DNA of 63,993 nt, filler included, from an uncultured bacterium (GTDB taxonomy: Bacteria; Latescibacterota; UBA2968), in the NCBI GenBank assembly GCA_964471275.1. It is 3 parts of 3 records of this genome, joined end to end, with 100 filler letters (N's around TTAATTAATTAA, not from the genome) between each part and the next. Parts side by side here need not be neighbours in the genome. Positions count along the whole stretch, not along the records: positions 43,201 to 63,993 come from CAYYGZ010000060.1; 2 more parts are not named here. The stretch is one strand, 5' to 3'. Numbering within the stretch: the first letter of the stretch is position 1; the number at the start of each line of letters is the position of its first letter. This document shows, piece after piece, positions 52,300 to 62,600 of this stretch. The notes beneath the pieces are model-generated. The model ran no database searches. It saw only the letters and a program-made list of their open reading frames with translations, and was not told where the DNA came from. A program made the position numbers and the translations under genes.

Positions 52300-52398
52300 A
52301 AAATCGGTTGGAGCAGTACTTGGCTTGTGGTGCTTAGTGGCAGGCGGAGGGAGTGCGCGAATCTGAAGCCGGATTCTCAATGAACACGGGAGCACACG

Positions 52399-53403
52399 AT
52401 GAACGGCAGGGCCTTAGTTACAACTGCAGATCAGCGTTTTTCCATCGAGGATGTCGCGCTGCCCGATCCGGGGCCTCGGCAGATACAGATCCAGACGCTC
52501 TACTCCGGCGTCAGTATCGGGACCGAGTTTTCTGTCATAAAGGGGAAGCTGGACTGGGGAGCCTACCCACTCGTCACCGGATATCAGGGCGTGGGAATCG
52601 TTGAGAACGTCGGATCCGAGGTGACGGAATTCGGAACGGATGATCGTGTTTATTACCGTGCAAACCGGCAGATATCTGCACCGGACGGATCCAGTATCAC
52701 CGGGGCCTCCGGAGTCCATTGCTCGCACGCCGTCACAGACGTTGACGGCACTCACGCGGCCGAACATCTACCGGAGGGCGCGAACGAGGAGGCAGCAAGC
52801 GTGTTCGTCATGCCTGCCGTCGGGCTCAACGGTGTGGACACCGCGAATCCGAGAATGGGTGAAACAGTCATCGTCTATGGATCGGGCCTCATCGGATTGG
52901 GCGTCATCGCTGCTTGCAGCCACAGGGGTTGCGTCGTCATCGCCGCTGACATCGAAGGAGACCGACTAGAGATCGCGAAACGCTTGGGTGCCGACCACAT
53001 CGTGAACCTGGAGAAAGAGAATGTCGCCGATCTCATCGAAGAAATATCGCCTGGAGGGGCAGATGTGGTCTTTGAGGCGACCGGGATACCAGACTGTATC
53101 GATCCTGCGATCGCGCTGTGTCGCCGCGAAGGGAAATTCATCCTGCAGGGCAACTACGGAGCGAAGCCGATCTCGTACCACTTCCTGACACCGCACAAGA
53201 AACGGCTTACGATGTACTACCCGTGCGATGATGGGATGAAAATGTGCCGGCGTGCAGTCCTCAAGAACATGGCGACTGGCGTGCTGCCGTGGCATCACAC
53301 AATCACGCATCGATGTACGTCAGAAGAGGCGCCACAGTTGTATGATGCCGTGAACAGAGGGCATGCAGCCACGGTGCTAGGGGCGGTGATACGGTGGTAC
53401 TAG
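52399..53403 (+). CDS. Zinc-binding alcohol dehydrogenase family protein
   Basis: SGVSIGTE, GYQGVG, GSGLIG, ADVVFEATG, ITH. Confidence 0.85.
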   Translation: MNGRALVTTADQRFSIEDVALPDPGPRQIQIQTLYSGVSIGTEFSVIKGKLDWGAYPLVTGYQGVGIVENVGSEVTEFGTDDRVYYRANRQISAPDGSSITGASGVHCSHAVTDVDGTHAAEHLPEGANEEAASVFVMPAVGLNGVDTANPRMGETVIVYGSGLIGLGVIAACSHRGCVVIAADIEGDRLEIAKRLGADHIVNLEKENVADLIEEISPGGADVVFEATGIPDCIDPAIALCRREGKFILQGNYGAKPISYHFLTPHKKRLTMYYPCDDGMKMCRRAVLKNMATGVLPWHHTITHRCTSEEAPQLYDAVNRGHAATVLGAVIRWY

Positions 53404-53465
53404 GATGAATGCAGGAATCGGGTATGGGGTGTCGAGGGTGTGGTGTGGGACACCTGGCTAGCTGA

Positions 53466-54101
53466 TCAGGGAGCGAAGTTTGGTGACCGCGCAGGTGGGG
53501 ATGGTGAGGACAGGACGTCCGCTACAGCCTGCCGGGCCTGGGAGGTGGAGAAGTGGGCAAGCATGCCGGTATCGCATCCGGAGAGATCGGGGGCGGCTTC
53601 GGCTATGAGGCCGTTGTGCGTTTCAGCGTCACCTGCTCGTAGAGCGTCCATCGCGCCCTCAACCCAGTGTGTTTTGAGGGTTGCCTTCGATTCCTTCTCC
53701 CGAGACATCGCGCGAAACTCGGTTTCCATCGGCGGAATGCTCAGTTTGAAAGTGGCCAGCATACCCAACCGGTCCCCAGCGGACAGCGCATCCTCGAACG
53801 TGGCTTCGTTCGGCTTGAGGACAGGTAATGGGTAAAGCTCGTTTGCGACTGCCTCAATGGCCAGTCCAAAGGCGGAGCAGGTGAACAGGATCCCGTCAGC
53901 TCCGGTATTCGCAGTATAACGACCCAGTGTGAGGAAACGATCGATCAGTGCGTCGTCGATTTTTCCGCGCGCCTCTAGATCGGGCGAAAGCGAGTCGTCG
54001 AGGAGGTTCGTGACGAAGGCCTCGAGCCAACCGGCCGCGAAGGCGTCGGCTACGGGCTGGACGACGACAGGCGTTGCACGGATGAGTGCAATACGCGGCA
54101 T
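53466..54101 (-). CDS. Asp/Glu/hydantoin racemase-like protein, C-terminus possibly degenerate
   Basis: NLLDDSL, GADGILFTCSAFG, PVLKPNE, LATF, LAHFS. Confidence 0.7.
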   Translation of the reverse strand: MPRIALIRATPVVVQPVADAFAAGWLEAFVTNLLDDSLSPDLEARGKIDDALIDRFLTLGRYTANTGADGILFTCSAFGLAIEAVANELYPLPVLKPNEATFEDALSAGDRLGMLATFKLSIPPMETEFRAMSREKESKATLKTHWVEGAMDALRAGDAETHNGLIAEAAPDLSGCDTGMLAHFSTSQARQAVADVLSSPSPPARSPNFAP

Positions 54102-54182
54102 AGAAGCTCGGCAAGAGACTACGGGAAACATCAACAGATGCGGTAGAGGCGTGAGCGTCTCAGAGGGAGTCCTACTCTCTAC

Positions 54183-54929
54183 TCACAACGCCCTCTGTCC
54201 TGACCTGAGTTTCTTCCATTGATCTGCGTTGCCACGCGGCACGGTCGCTTCCTGATAGGACACGATGAATGCTCTCCGGACATTCTTCGTTGCATTCCCT
54301 TTCGAGTGATGCCACAGGTCCGCGTGGAACAGCATGATTGACCCGCCCATCACGGGACAGGAGATCGCTCCTTCTACCTCCATATCCTCAGGTCCCATCG
54401 ATATAGGACACTGGCCCCCGTACTGGCCGTGTTCCTTGATGCCGTCTTTGTGGGAACCCGGCACCACCCACAGGCATCCATTTTTCTCATCCACATCTGT
54501 CAGTGGGATCCAGGTAGACATGCGCGTCTTGCTCGCAGCGTGAGCGTTGTAATACGCGTTGTCCTGGTGCCAGTGGCAGACTGAAGTTGACTTCGGCATC
54601 TTCGCGGTCAACTTCGCGGAGTAGATCGCGATCCCCGGGGTGACGATCTCCTCGATCAGATCCAGAACCCGTTCATCCTGAGAGAATCGCCTGGTGACGT
54701 CGGAACGTAACCCCAACTGCAGCAGCCACCCCTCGTTACGCTTCCCGCCTGCGTGCCCAATCCCCGAAGTCCCCTTCTCCGTCGCCTCGGCAACCAATCG
54801 ATCCAGTTCCGCGTCGACTGCACGCAATTCCTCGGTCGGGAAGAGGTCCGAAACCACAACATATCCGTTCTCCGTATACCGGGACTGCTCATCCGGATCG
54901 AGTCTTCTATTCGAGGTCAGGACCGACAT
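54183..54929 (-). CDS. Phytanoyl-CoA dioxygenase family protein (Fe/2OG)
   Basis: ENGYVV, WHQD, WIPL.D....NGCL.VVPGSH, H.S..N. Confidence 0.9.
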   Translation of the reverse strand: MSVLTSNRRLDPDEQSRYTENGYVVVSDLFPTEELRAVDAELDRLVAEATEKGTSGIGHAGGKRNEGWLLQLGLRSDVTRRFSQDERVLDLIEEIVTPGIAIYSAKLTAKMPKSTSVCHWHQDNAYYNAHAASKTRMSTWIPLTDVDEKNGCLWVVPGSHKDGIKEHGQYGGQCPISMGPEDMEVEGAISCPVMGGSIMLFHADLWHHSKGNATKNVRRAFIVSYQEATVPRGNADQWKKLRSGQRAL

Positions 54930-54930
54930 C

Positions 54931-55692
54931 CTAGGAGTTCCTCAGCTTCCACGCAAACATCGCAATACAGGCAAGAATCAGAAAACCCACCTTTTCCTGA
55001 CCTTCCCTAGGCAAGAAGATCGTTGAGATTGGGTCGCCCGGCAAAGGATCAGCGGCCTCGCGTTCAGGGATTGGCGGCAGGAACCCCCAATCCTCCTCAT
55101 GAGCTGGCAAGCCTGCTCGGATGTCGCGCCGGTGTTCGACATCGTCGATGTTCAGCCGACCACCGACCTGCCCACCGACCTTCTTGATCATGCCATACTC
55201 GAGGTAGACTTGATCCTCCTCGCATCCGTCTGGAAGAATTATCGTCGTGCGCCCGGCCGTCCACTGGTTGTTCGAATTCGGAATCAATAATACGCGCCGC
55301 TGGTTCGATGACTGCACGCGCACCCAGGCCAGCTCGCCGGGGAGCAGAAGCGTACGGAAACGAAACGAAACTGCGCAATGACTACCGAGGGACACGGAGT
55401 CGCCACAGGCAAACCATTGGAAGATCCGCCCGGGGTTCTCGCCATCTGCCTGCTTACCGTCAGAGTCCCCCACGTGTCCGTAGCGGTTCCCCCTGACGCC
55501 AACCGCGACTATGGGGCGATCCCCCTGCGCGATGCCCGGAGTGTTATGACCATCAGTAAGCCAGGTGCGAGTAGGAGTCTGCTCGAAGCTTCCGTTGGTG
55601 ACCGCGTGGAGAGGGAGTGCGCTGTACCAAACCGCCAGGACAAGCAGACACCTCGGCAGAATGTGGTTTCGATTGGATGGCCCGGAACTCAC
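54931..55692 (-). CDS. Hypothetical exported protein with C-terminal membrane anchor
   Basis: N-terminal signal (PLHA/VTNGSFE), Pro-rich linker, C-terminal hydrophobic stretch followed by KLRNS. Confidence 0.55.
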   Translation of the reverse strand: MSSGPSNRNHILPRCLLVLAVWYSALPLHAVTNGSFEQTPTRTWLTDGHNTPGIAQGDRPIVAVGVRGNRYGHVGDSDGKQADGENPGRIFQWFACGDSVSLGSHCAVSFRFRTLLLPGELAWVRVQSSNQRRVLLIPNSNNQWTAGRTTIILPDGCEEDQVYLEYGMIKKVGGQVGGRLNIDDVEHRRDIRAGLPAHEEDWGFLPPIPEREAADPLPGDPISTIFLPREGQEKVGFLILACIAMFAWKLRNS

Positions 55693-55710
55693 AAAGGTCC
55701 TTCACTTCGT

Positions 55711-57135
55711 TCAGGATGGCGGATTGCCTGGTGCGGATTGATAGGTAATGGTGATATCGGAATCCACGTCCGTGTCAGCTATAAGGTCAAGGAGGGCACG
55801 GTGAAGGCGGTTTGCCTCGTCGGGATGCTGATTAATCAGGTTTGTCTGTTGCCCGGGATCATCGGGCAGGTGGAACAATTCGTCAATGCGTCGTTCGGGC
55901 ATGCCGGTGCACGGATAGGTTTCCTGTCTCGGAGGAATGCCCTTGTAGGCCAGATCCTTGTTGGGCCAGTACACGAGCGACCAGACACCGTCGCTGACCG
56001 TCGCAGGTACTGTTCCCCAATGGTCGTCGAGATTGCGACCGCTTATGACCAGGTCACGATGCACGTCTGAACTGCCCGATACCACGTCTGCGTAGGATCG
56101 TCCCTGCAGTCCCTTCGGCTGCTTGAGACCAGCGAGATCGCAGACCGTCGGGAACAGATCGCAGGGCTGTACCATCGCGGGAGTGGTCGTTCCCGGTCGT
56201 TTGCATTCAGGGTGCCGGATCATCAGCGGCTGATGGGTCATCTCCTCATACAGCTGGCCAAAATCACCCCACGGCTTGCCCTGGAGACCGTGATCACCAA
56301 AGTAGTGGCCGTGATCGGACATCAGCACCACCATCGTATCCTCGTTCAGTCCCAGAATGTCGACCGTATCCAGCAGGTGACCCAGCCAGCGGTCCACCAT
56401 CGTTACTTCGGCAGCGTAGAGCGCCTTTACGTGATTCAGCTCGGCGTCAGACATGAAATTACTCAGACCATAGCAGGGATAGATTATTTCATCACCCTCG
56501 TAGCCAGGATCGTATTGATCGACGTAGTACTGGGGTGGATCCCACGGCTCGTGCGGGTCCCAGCTGTCGACCCATAGGATAAAGTGGTCGCGCGTGTAGT
56601 TCCGTTCTAACCAGTGAACGGCCTCGTTCATCGTCCGTGCGACCAGGTAGTCGGACTCGAAGCGACGGCGTGACTGGTTCGCCAGGTATCTTCTCAAGCC
56701 TGGTGCCTTCACCTTGTGTTCCGCAGCAGGCAGGGGGATGTCGATCAGACCATCCGAAATCCAGGGCTCTCCTCCCTGCCCCCGGATCCACTCGATAGAT
56801 CCGAATCCCCTATCCAGATAAGAGCCTTGAGTCATGAACATCGGCGTATCGAACACCAGACCCGTGGTGTAGCCAGCCTTTCGAAACGTCTCCGCCATCG
56901 TCGGCAGATTCCGTTCCATCTCATCCCAGGTGTTGAACGGATGTCCCCAGCGTCCCGTGAACAGGTCACGTCTGCAGGGCAACGTTGGAAAAGAGCCGAC
57001 ATACGCGTTCTCGAACAGGAGTGACTGTCCTGCAAATCGGTCCATATTCGGTGTCTTCGCGTTGGCTTCTCCTCCCGCATAGGCACCGACGTAGTCAGTG
57101 CGTAAAGTGTCCATCATAACGCAGATCAAGTTCAT
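55711..57135 (-). CDS. Sulfatase-like hydrolase
   Basis: DTLR.D, TPN.D, DPHEPW, SDHG, D..PT; signature reads TLPCR instead of C/SxPxR. Confidence 0.88.
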   Translation of the reverse strand: MNLICVMMDTLRTDYVGAYAGGEANAKTPNMDRFAGQSLLFENAYVGSFPTLPCRRDLFTGRWGHPFNTWDEMERNLPTMAETFRKAGYTTGLVFDTPMFMTQGSYLDRGFGSIEWIRGQGGEPWISDGLIDIPLPAAEHKVKAPGLRRYLANQSRRRFESDYLVARTMNEAVHWLERNYTRDHFILWVDSWDPHEPWDPPQYYVDQYDPGYEGDEIIYPCYGLSNFMSDAELNHVKALYAAEVTMVDRWLGHLLDTVDILGLNEDTMVVLMSDHGHYFGDHGLQGKPWGDFGQLYEEMTHQPLMIRHPECKRPGTTTPAMVQPCDLFPTVCDLAGLKQPKGLQGRSYADVVSGSSDVHRDLVISGRNLDDHWGTVPATVSDGVWSLVYWPNKDLAYKGIPPRQETYPCTGMPERRIDELFHLPDDPGQQTNLINQHPDEANRLHRALLDLIADTDVDSDITITYQSAPGNPPS

Positions 57136-57223
57136 CCTTACCTCGCTGGATTGATACGACCCGTGAATCCTCAGTAGTTAAGTCAGCGCCCCTTGTAGCC
57201 GCAGGGAACCGTTGATTGGGCGC

Positions 57224-57481
57224 CTACCCGCCGTCGGTGCTTCGGTCCTGATCCACGCACGCCAGTGGTGTCACCCCTTCGTACCTCTTAAATATCCGGT
57301 AGAAGTGAGCGAGATCGCCAAATCCACTCGCATAGGCAGCCCCGGTGACTGTGTATCCGCCAGACTGAAGCAGCGCCTGCGCGGCGATTGCATCGATCGC
57401 AGGCGACGTTGGCCTATCGTATCCGTAGGACCCAAGATGATCAGGTCACAGACTGTCGATATCGAAGTAGATAATCCGCAT
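57224..57481 (-). pseudogene. Chimeric relic: sulfatase N-terminus fused to an AraC HTH C-terminus
   Basis: My translation: [71 protein letters not shown]. Confidence 0.8.
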
Positions 57482-57554
57482 ATCGTATAATACCGGGAAT
57501 TCTGCACCCCGTAAAATCCAAAAACAACCAATCTTGCCGCCCTAAAGTGCTGTA

Positions 57555-57583
57555 TTGACAGGATTTGATAGAGCGCCTACATT
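57555..57583 (+). promoter_or_regulatory. Sigma70 promoter
   Basis: TTGACA-N17-TACATT. Confidence 0.7.
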
Positions 57584-57615
57584 TTAAACTCATAACCTTC
57601 AGGGAACCTAATGGC

Positions 57616-58284
57616 ATGAAAAGCGACTGGAAAAAGTACCTGGCTGTCGTTCTGCCGATCTCGATCGCGGCGGTCGCTCTGGGTGCCTATGTTCCCGAGT
57701 TGAGACAGCTCGTCCTGCTGTTCTTCTATTCGATGCCGGCCAATTCATTCGTTCCGGTGCCGCACGAACTCGGCATGATCTACTTTGGCCAGTACTATTC
57801 GCCGGTGATCGTGGCGCTGGTTGCCGCTGCCGGCACGGTGATGGTCTGTTTTGTCGACTACCAGGCAATGAACTTCGCGTTCGGTCTCAAGCACCTGCGC
57901 AAGGTCAAAGAGAGTGATCTCTACCGGGGCGCGATCCAGTATTTCCTCAAAGCTCCGTTTGTCAGCCTCGTCGTCGCGGCAGCTATGCCGTTCATTCCCT
58001 TCTATCTCTTCCGCGTATTGAGTCCAACAGCCGGCTACCCGCTTCGCCGATATATGATGGCAATCTTCATCGGCCGGCTCCCGAGATACTACGTCTTCGC
58101 CCTTATGGGCGCCACTTTGGAGCTCCCCAGTCTGGCGATTGCGCTCGTCCTCATCCTGGGCGCCTGCTGGTTGCTGTACAAACGTGTCAGTCGCCACCTG
58201 ATCGGCATTGCCCGGGGAGAGGAAGAGCCGGAGGTCGTGGATACAGTAACGATTTCGAACCCGGAGGAAAGCGTTACGGCCTAG
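57616..58284 (+). CDS. DedA/VTT (SNARE-associated) family membrane protein
   Basis: PVPHE, P..PF, Y..A...GR..RY; multiple TM helices. Confidence 0.72.
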   Translation: MKSDWKKYLAVVLPISIAAVALGAYVPELRQLVLLFFYSMPANSFVPVPHELGMIYFGQYYSPVIVALVAAAGTVMVCFVDYQAMNFAFGLKHLRKVKESDLYRGAIQYFLKAPFVSLVVAAAMPFIPFYLFRVLSPTAGYPLRRYMMAIFIGRLPRYYVFALMGATLELPSLAIALVLILGACWLLYKRVSRHLIGIARGEEEPEVVDTVTISNPEESVTA

Positions 58285-58298
58285 ACAACACGGGGTTC

Positions 58299-58344
58299 CA
58301 AAATGAAAGGCGATCACCTTCAGAGGTGATCGCCTTTCATTTTG
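58299..58344. terminator. Bidirectional intrinsic terminator
   Basis: Perfect 21-bp stem CAAAATGAAAGGCGATCACCT-TCAG-AGGTGATCGCCTTTCATTTTG between convergent genes. Confidence 0.85.
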
Positions 58345-58401
58345 CTATTGTAGAAGACCAGGTCGGGCCGGACAGCTACACCAGGGAGCGAGGTCCCGCC
58401 T

Positions 58402-59661
58402 CTACGTACCGAAGCCTTCTACGAAGATCAGGAAGTCCGGGAAGTCGACTGCGCCGCTGCCGTCGAGATCGAAACGGTTGTCGGCATCAGGATTCCCGAA
58501 TGCCTCGGCAAACATCAGAAAATCACCAAAATCTACGGCGCCGTTTCCGTCAAAATCGCCGGGCACCGCCGTTCCCTGAATCGTGATGGCAAGCGTGTCG
58601 ACGAGCCCCCCCGGGTCGGCAAGCTGGAGCATCAGCGATGCTGTACCGTTCCAGCCAGCCATCGAAGTCAGGGTTAATTCGGTGCCGGACACGTTCGCGT
58701 GCAAGCTATCTCCCATGACCAGCGCGAACCACAGCAGCGTGCCAGGTTCGTCGTCAACATCTCTCCCCACCAACTCCAGCCGAACCGCTTCATCTCCCAC
58801 CGTGAGCGTATCCGGAAAAGAGGTATCCGTGATGTCAGGGGCATCATTGACCGGCGTCACCGTCAGGGTGATTTGACCGGCATCCTCGCCCCCCCCAGGA
58901 TCGGTTACCGTCAGCAACCCGGACACCGCACCTGCAAAGTCGTCTGGAGTGATAAACCGAAGACTGTCCCCATCAACGAAGGCTGTTGTCGCAGAATCAT
59001 CCATCGCAACGACATAGACAAGCCGAGCCATTGGCGACTCGTCCGACACAAGATCGGCCAGCAGAACGGCCGGTCCTCCATCCTCCTCGATCTCGAAATT
59101 GTCCAGTCCTCTGAGCTTCGGGGGCAGATCCTGATAAACTGCACCGACTGTGGCGGCGATGGTAACGGACTCCCCATCTCGGTCTGATGTCGTATACAGG
59201 CTCGAGAAACCTACTGCAAGATCCTGGAGCACACGGATAGATGAAGTTCCACTCACGCTACCGACCAGAACATACTGCACCGAGAAGACCCGTCCGGAAA
59301 CCTGGGAACCGATAAGATCAACCTCGGCAAAGTGAATCACGCTGGTCGACCCATCGAAAACAATGATTGAGTCTGCAAACACCTGGCCAAACACACCTGC
59401 AGACACGACGGGCTGATTTCCGGGTGAGGCGAGATCGGTATCGACGGGCAGAAACACGGCGGGATCGTAGGCAAGAAACAGCTCAAAGCCGGTCAGGACT
59501 TCGCCCTCGGAATCAAGCGACACATCGAGGGCAACAGTATCCGCCAGACCTGCGTAGAAGACAGAGTCGCCGTCGGCCGTACGCACGGAGACGGTCAGCC
59601 CGAACACGGGCGCGTTCAGGACTATGCCCAGAAGCAGAATGCATACGAAGTGAAGCAACAC
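58402..59661 (-). CDS. Secreted protein: cohesin-like domain, two cadherin/Ig-like repeats, dockerin/EF-hand-like tail
   Basis: GFELFLAYDP; ITLTVTPVNDAP; GDFDGNGAVDFGDF and DLDGSGAVDFPDF. Confidence 0.75.
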   Translation of the reverse strand: MLLHFVCILLLGIVLNAPVFGLTVSVRTADGDSVFYAGLADTVALDVSLDSEGEVLTGFELFLAYDPAVFLPVDTDLASPGNQPVVSAGVFGQVFADSIIVFDGSTSVIHFAEVDLIGSQVSGRVFSVQYVLVGSVSGTSSIRVLQDLAVGFSSLYTTSDRDGESVTIAATVGAVYQDLPPKLRGLDNFEIEEDGGPAVLLADLVSDESPMARLVYVVAMDDSATTAFVDGDSLRFITPDDFAGAVSGLLTVTDPGGGEDAGQITLTVTPVNDAPDITDTSFPDTLTVGDEAVRLELVGRDVDDEPGTLLWFALVMGDSLHANVSGTELTLTSMAGWNGTASLMLQLADPGGLVDTLAITIQGTAVPGDFDGNGAVDFGDFLMFAEAFGNPDADNRFDLDGSGAVDFPDFLIFVEGFGT

Positions 59662-59699
59662 GAGTCCCGTCTAGGGGTGGGACATTGGGTGTTCGGCGA

Positions 59700-62600
59700 T
59701 CAGCGCAGCAGGATGGCCTTGCGAACGTCTATGTGATGGCCGGCTCTGAATCGATACAGATAGACCCCGGAGGAAACTTCCCTTCCCGAATGGTCACGGC
59801 CATCCCAGATCACTTCATACCGACCGACATCCTGCGCCTCGTCGATCAGCAACCGCACCTCCTGACCCAGCGTCGAGTAGACCGTGATCCTGACGTGCTC
59901 CGGCGTTCGCAGTTGATAAGGGATAAGGGTTGCCGGGTTGAACGGATTCGGGATGTTCTGGCGAAGCGCGGTTTCAAGAACGGGTGAACGATCGATTATG
60001 TTTACCGGAGACCCCAGCCCCGGGATGGCAACCCCCGAGGGATCGAGAAACCGAATGCGCTCCAGCCGGATGACATCGGGCAACACATCTCCTATCCGGA
60101 CCGAGAAAAGCGACCCATCGTCGTCGAACATTGCGCCCCCACGAAGAACCGATGCTACGCGTGTAATCGAGTCCTCGCCACGGACGAGATGCCTAGACAA
60201 CTGGAGCACTTCACCCGCCTCGAAGAATGCCTCTCCCTCGATTGCGGCCGCCTTCCCGACCGGTAGCACAATGTCAACGCTGAATCCGGCTATTGATCCG
60301 GCATCCTTCACGTAGACTGTGTGGCCATCTGTCTCTTCAGCGGATGAAGCAATAAAGAGCTCTCCCCGGGGTGCCAGAGGCTTTGTTGGGACTGCCGGCC
60401 CCAGGCCCATTTCCCCGAAATTGGACTGAAGCAGGCCGAAATCAGCAAGATTGACGATCCCATCTCCATTGAAGTCGGCCGACCACCCGGCACTCTTGAC
60501 CGCGAACCCGGACTGGCCGAAGGTGGACCCGACCAACCCGAAGTCAGCAAGATCGACCTGGTTGTCATCGTTCGCGTCGCCGGCTCGAAGCTCCGTGGAC
60601 ATGAAGGAAGTGTCGATACCAACCCACGAAAAAACCGCGTTCCCGGACACACCCGTAGAGTCGTTCACAACCAGACTGTCCGTTGAGATCCGGGCCCGCA
60701 GGTAGTGGAAGGTTTTCGCAAACAGACCATACGTCCCACCAGGCACCTGCTCGAGTACAAACGAGCCGTCTGCCCCGAGTTGGAGCTGTACGCCGGTTCG
60801 CGTCAGATCCAGATCGTTCGGTGGCTGATAGGCGACCGAACCAGCCAGTGCTGTTCCTGTCCCGGCAGAATCATTTTGCGTCAGATCGAAACGGGCTTCC
60901 ACATCCAGATTATCGCTACGCCCCTGGAACGTGAGTGCACCACGGACCTTGTGATTCTGTATCACCAGAGTTGCGGCAGGAGTGATAAAGGGCAGGATCA
61001 ACGCGCCAACGGAGTCGGTCAGGGCCGACTGTCGCACAGTCGAGGTATCGTTCACGACGCGAATTCGTGTTGTCGTATCACGCAGCGTAACGAACCGCAG
61101 CGTACCGAGCGACGCGGCTTCCGATCCCAAATCCGGCAGAAAACCGAAAGTCAGATCGATCTGCCCGGTACCCGATGTCGTCGTCGTATCCACTCGATTC
61201 TGAAGTACGATCGCCTGAGCCAACAGCGTCGTATCTACAGCAAAGGGCTGTATACCCGAATCGACGGCATCCGCACCCAGAAGTGTCAGCGCCCGCGTGT
61301 CGTAGTCCACAAAAAGCGAGAGTCCCGAAGGTTTGTGATCAATAGACGTCACTCGGGCCGTCACTTCAATCGTGTCCTGAATGTGGAGCGGGCTGTTCTG
61401 AGAAAAAGCGAAGTCGAAGAACGGTTGGGGAACCGACGATGCGTTCACCGTGTCCGACGATGCGGACTGGACGGAGCTCCCGTTCTCGGACAGGATGTAG
61501 TAGTAATGTGCCGTCCCGACAGTTGCCGCCGTATCGGTGTAAGTCCGGCTGACAAAGACGCTGTCGCGAACGCTCGTCGTCGATGTATCCAACGACGCCA
61601 GAAGCGAGTAGGGCCCTGCGGAATCGGTTGCGCGCATCACGCGATACATCGTGATCCGTCCCGTTGTTTCATCGACATTCGGACGCCGCCACGTCAGTGT
61701 AATGCGCCCACCGAGGTCGCTCTGTGTATCCGCGGCGACAAGATCGCGAGGTGGCGCCGGTGTCTTGATATCCTGAGCGATCGGGTTCGCATAGAACAGC
61801 AGCCCATTGTCGGCCGGCCGGGCAAGTGCAAGATCTGCAATATCATCGCCGTCCAGATCGCCGCTCGCGCCGACTCCCAGCCCTGCATGTACGCCGACTA
61901 CGACAGAATCGGTATAGACACCGTTTGCGTCGTTTATCAGCACCGTAATGTCCCCGTTCCCGAGCGGGGTCAGCAGATCGAGATAGCCGTCCTCATCCAG
62001 ATCGACCACGGTCAGCGAAGTCACCGTATCGGCGATCGCAACCTGTGCAGAGTCGCCGAAACTGCCATCTCCCAAGTTGTTCCAGATGCGAACGGTCTGA
62101 TCACTCGCCGCGGCAGCGAAATCTACGTCACCGTCAATGTCGAAATCACCGGGTTGCAGATGCGTGGGCGTCCCCGTCAACACCAGCGACGGGTCTACCT
62201 GGAAGGTCGCATTCCCCAGATTCCGTAACAGGGTGACCGAACCGTCAGAGCTGGACACGAGCAGATCCGTGATCCCGTCACCGTTGAAATCAGCAGCCAC
62301 CATCGACGTCGGATTTGCCGGGCCGGTGATCAGCTTTGGCGCACCAAAGCTCCCGAGCCCATCGTTCAGGTAGATCGTGATCGTCCCGGTCACATCGTCC
62401 GTCACGGCAATGTCGCTGTCCTGGTCTGTATCCATGTCGGCGACAACCAGCTCCGTCACCGATCTCCCGACAAAAATCTCCGTCGATGTCGAAAACGTTC
62501 CCGTACTGTCGTTGAACAGGATTGCAACCGTCTGCTGCAGCCGGTTACCGATGATCACATCCGTGTCACCGTCTCCTTCGAGATCTCCTGAGGCAAACAC

